DNA from: Blastocystis sp. subtype 4
Taxonomy: Eukaryota
DNA: 64,000 nt
Direction of reading: 5' to 3'
Assembly (NCBI RefSeq): GCF_000743755.1
Contig: NW_014569533.1
Span: 1-64,000, forward strand
In this document: positions 62,282 to 64,000 of the stretch, piece by piece
Layout of the letters: every line of letters starts with the position of its first letter
Position numbering within the stretch: position 1 is the first letter of the stretch
Translations under genes and position numbers: made by a program
The notes under the pieces: generated by a model
Seen by the model: the letters and a program-made list of their open reading frames with translations, nothing else
Database searches by the model: none
What the model was told of the DNA's origin: nothing

Positions 62282-62838
62282 AACTTACAAAGAATAATGT
62301 GAGCAGTTCGGATTTATCGAAAGACGCATGTACATTTTACGAGCTGATTGGATGAACCAGTTTTGGTTGATCATGGGGTAAATGAGTAGTACTAGATTTT
62401 CGATTCTCAGGATCCTTTCAAGGCCCTAATAATGTTCTCTTGTAGATTTCTCACGAGATATTGATCGAACAAACATGAAAACTGCCTTCCAGCTGTGCAT
62501 CAGTGATTATCTACATAGTGATCAAATGTAACACGATCTCCAGCTATCCACTTCCTGAATGATCCCCACCTTACTCAATGCTCAGATAGTCTCTACAAAA
62601 TGTGATAAAGGTCCTTTCGAACTTGGATAAGCTTATATCCATTCGAAGTGTCTTTTTGTTTCTCTAGCGATAGTTCATTGTATAATCCATGACACTTATT
62701 GGATCTATCCAGTTTGAATTGAACAGAAGAAACAATCGCAATAAGCACCCATGTCAATCCAACTCTTACCATTCATCTTAGCTTTCCATCTCTATCCCAA
62801 ATAACCAACTTTTCACTGAGAATAAGACAATCACTGAA

Positions 62839-64000
62839 ATGCTTTCTTCTTCACTTCGATTTGTCTCTGGACATTCGGTTCGATTTCTATCTATTCTTAG
62901 TGGTGAGGGATTGGAATCTCTCTGATTCATAGAAGGCGTGCTTGTTCGTGATTTCATCAAGGATTCACTTTACAACAAAACAAAGGGGTACAACTGCAAT
63001 AAAAAAACGGGCGTATTAGAAGAGCCTCTCGATTTTGGTAGTCTTTGGGGAAAGTGGGAATTTAATAAAGCGGTTAAGGCGGTATATGATGTATTCACTA
63101 AATGAAAGGATCTTAGTGTAGAAACAGGGGGTCAATTACATGAATGCCGTTGAAATCTTCACACCCTACTTTTCTCAGGCTATTGCAAATGTTATTGTAC
63201 ATAACCATAAGCTGGGAACTCCTTTGAATGTAATGGAAGTAGCAAATGGAAGTACTACCCATCTTTGTGCAATGTTGGCATACATGAAGGAGAAGCTACC
63301 CAATGTGTATAAGAACATGAAGTACTACCTTCTCACAGATGATGTTTACTTTAAACCTCTGTCTGTTCCTGAAGAATTCGCTGACAAGGTTCATATCCAG
63401 GATATTGTATCGAATATTGGAAAGATTCATCCATAGTCGTCCTATGAGAAGTGCCTACATCTCTGTGATTCAGCATTTCTGATTCTGAATGATGTGATGA
63501 GTGGGTTGCCTCATGACAAAGTTCGTGTGTCTTATGGCACAAAAGGAAACTCCATTGAGCAGTATCAACAAGGAATTGTGGTTCAGCGTTCGGCAGATGT
63601 ATATGAAGAAGTATTTCTGTGAAAATGAAAGCGGGAAATGATCTTTTAGACCTGTTTCGGACCCTCTTATTCGTCGATACCTAGAAATACTGCTTTCCAA
63701 CCACATTGATATGATGACACTCGCGGAACACCAAAATGCGTCTATTGATGCTTACAATAAGCATTCAGCTCTGGGGAACAATCGGGCTCAGCGATTCAAG
63801 AAGTTCAATCCATCGGAAGCATTTATTCCTACCGTGTTGCTCGATCTTTTAGAAAAGGTTTCTCATCTTACGACGAATTGTCACATTGTGGGTTATGACT
63901 TTGATTACCTTCCTCCTTGCGCGGAAGGTGATTTAAATAGTCCAGTCAATTGTATCAATGGCCCTATTGTTTGCAGTTACGAAAACGGTATTACTCTTTC
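62839..64000 (+). CDS. Organelle-targeted NDUFAF7/MidA (DUF185)-family SAM-dependent methyltransferase, 3'-partial
   Basis: Presequence-like MLSSSLRFVSGHSVRFLS; LVRDFIKDSLYNKTKGY; VEIFTPYFSQAIA; VMSGLPHDKV; FIPT; YDFDYLP. Confidence 0.7.

Noticed and set aside
61499..62302. 267-aa antisense ORF over the protease
   Set aside because: Shadow ORF caused by codon bias of the sense gene; no recognisable motifs.
62468..62775. Possible small minus-strand gene (signal-peptide-like start and AACAAACA at 62468)
   Set aside because: Could not build a consistent stop-free spliced frame reaching the motif.

Overview
Eukaryotic, gene-dense, AT-rich protist DNA with ~30-nt GT-AG introns and a TGTTTGTT motif at gene 3' ends. 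These are hallmarks of Blastocystis (a stramenopile gut protist); the assignment is inferred from sequence features, not a database match. Manual splicing gives about 26 protein-coding genes and 2 tRNAs. In order: a 5'-partial giant Ig-repeat surface protein, a PAM2-motif membrane protein, a DH-PH RhoGEF, a coiled-coil protein, TBC1D23-like, TRM1, a small spliced gene absent from the ORF track that resembles p2 of the MTA1c DNA 6mA methyltransferase complex, CBP/p300, a BET-like bromodomain protein, RRP5, HSF, isochorismatase, C2CD5, tRNA-His, a degenerate and truncated organellar IF2, VPS45, a hypothetical gene, Nup155-like, MSH6, gamma-COP, an RGS protein, a Chk2-like kinase, tRNA-Ile, NSUN5, a TFIIIC-delta-like gene, MRG15, a papain-family protease and a 3'-partial NDUFAF7-family methyltransferase. 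Highlights are the hidden p2-like gene next to CBP and BET, stop codons apparently created by polyadenylation in about six genes, a pseudo-GTPase-like IF2 lacking domain IV, and a dual-AUG TRM1. All exon structures and homologies were read by eye and need confirmation.
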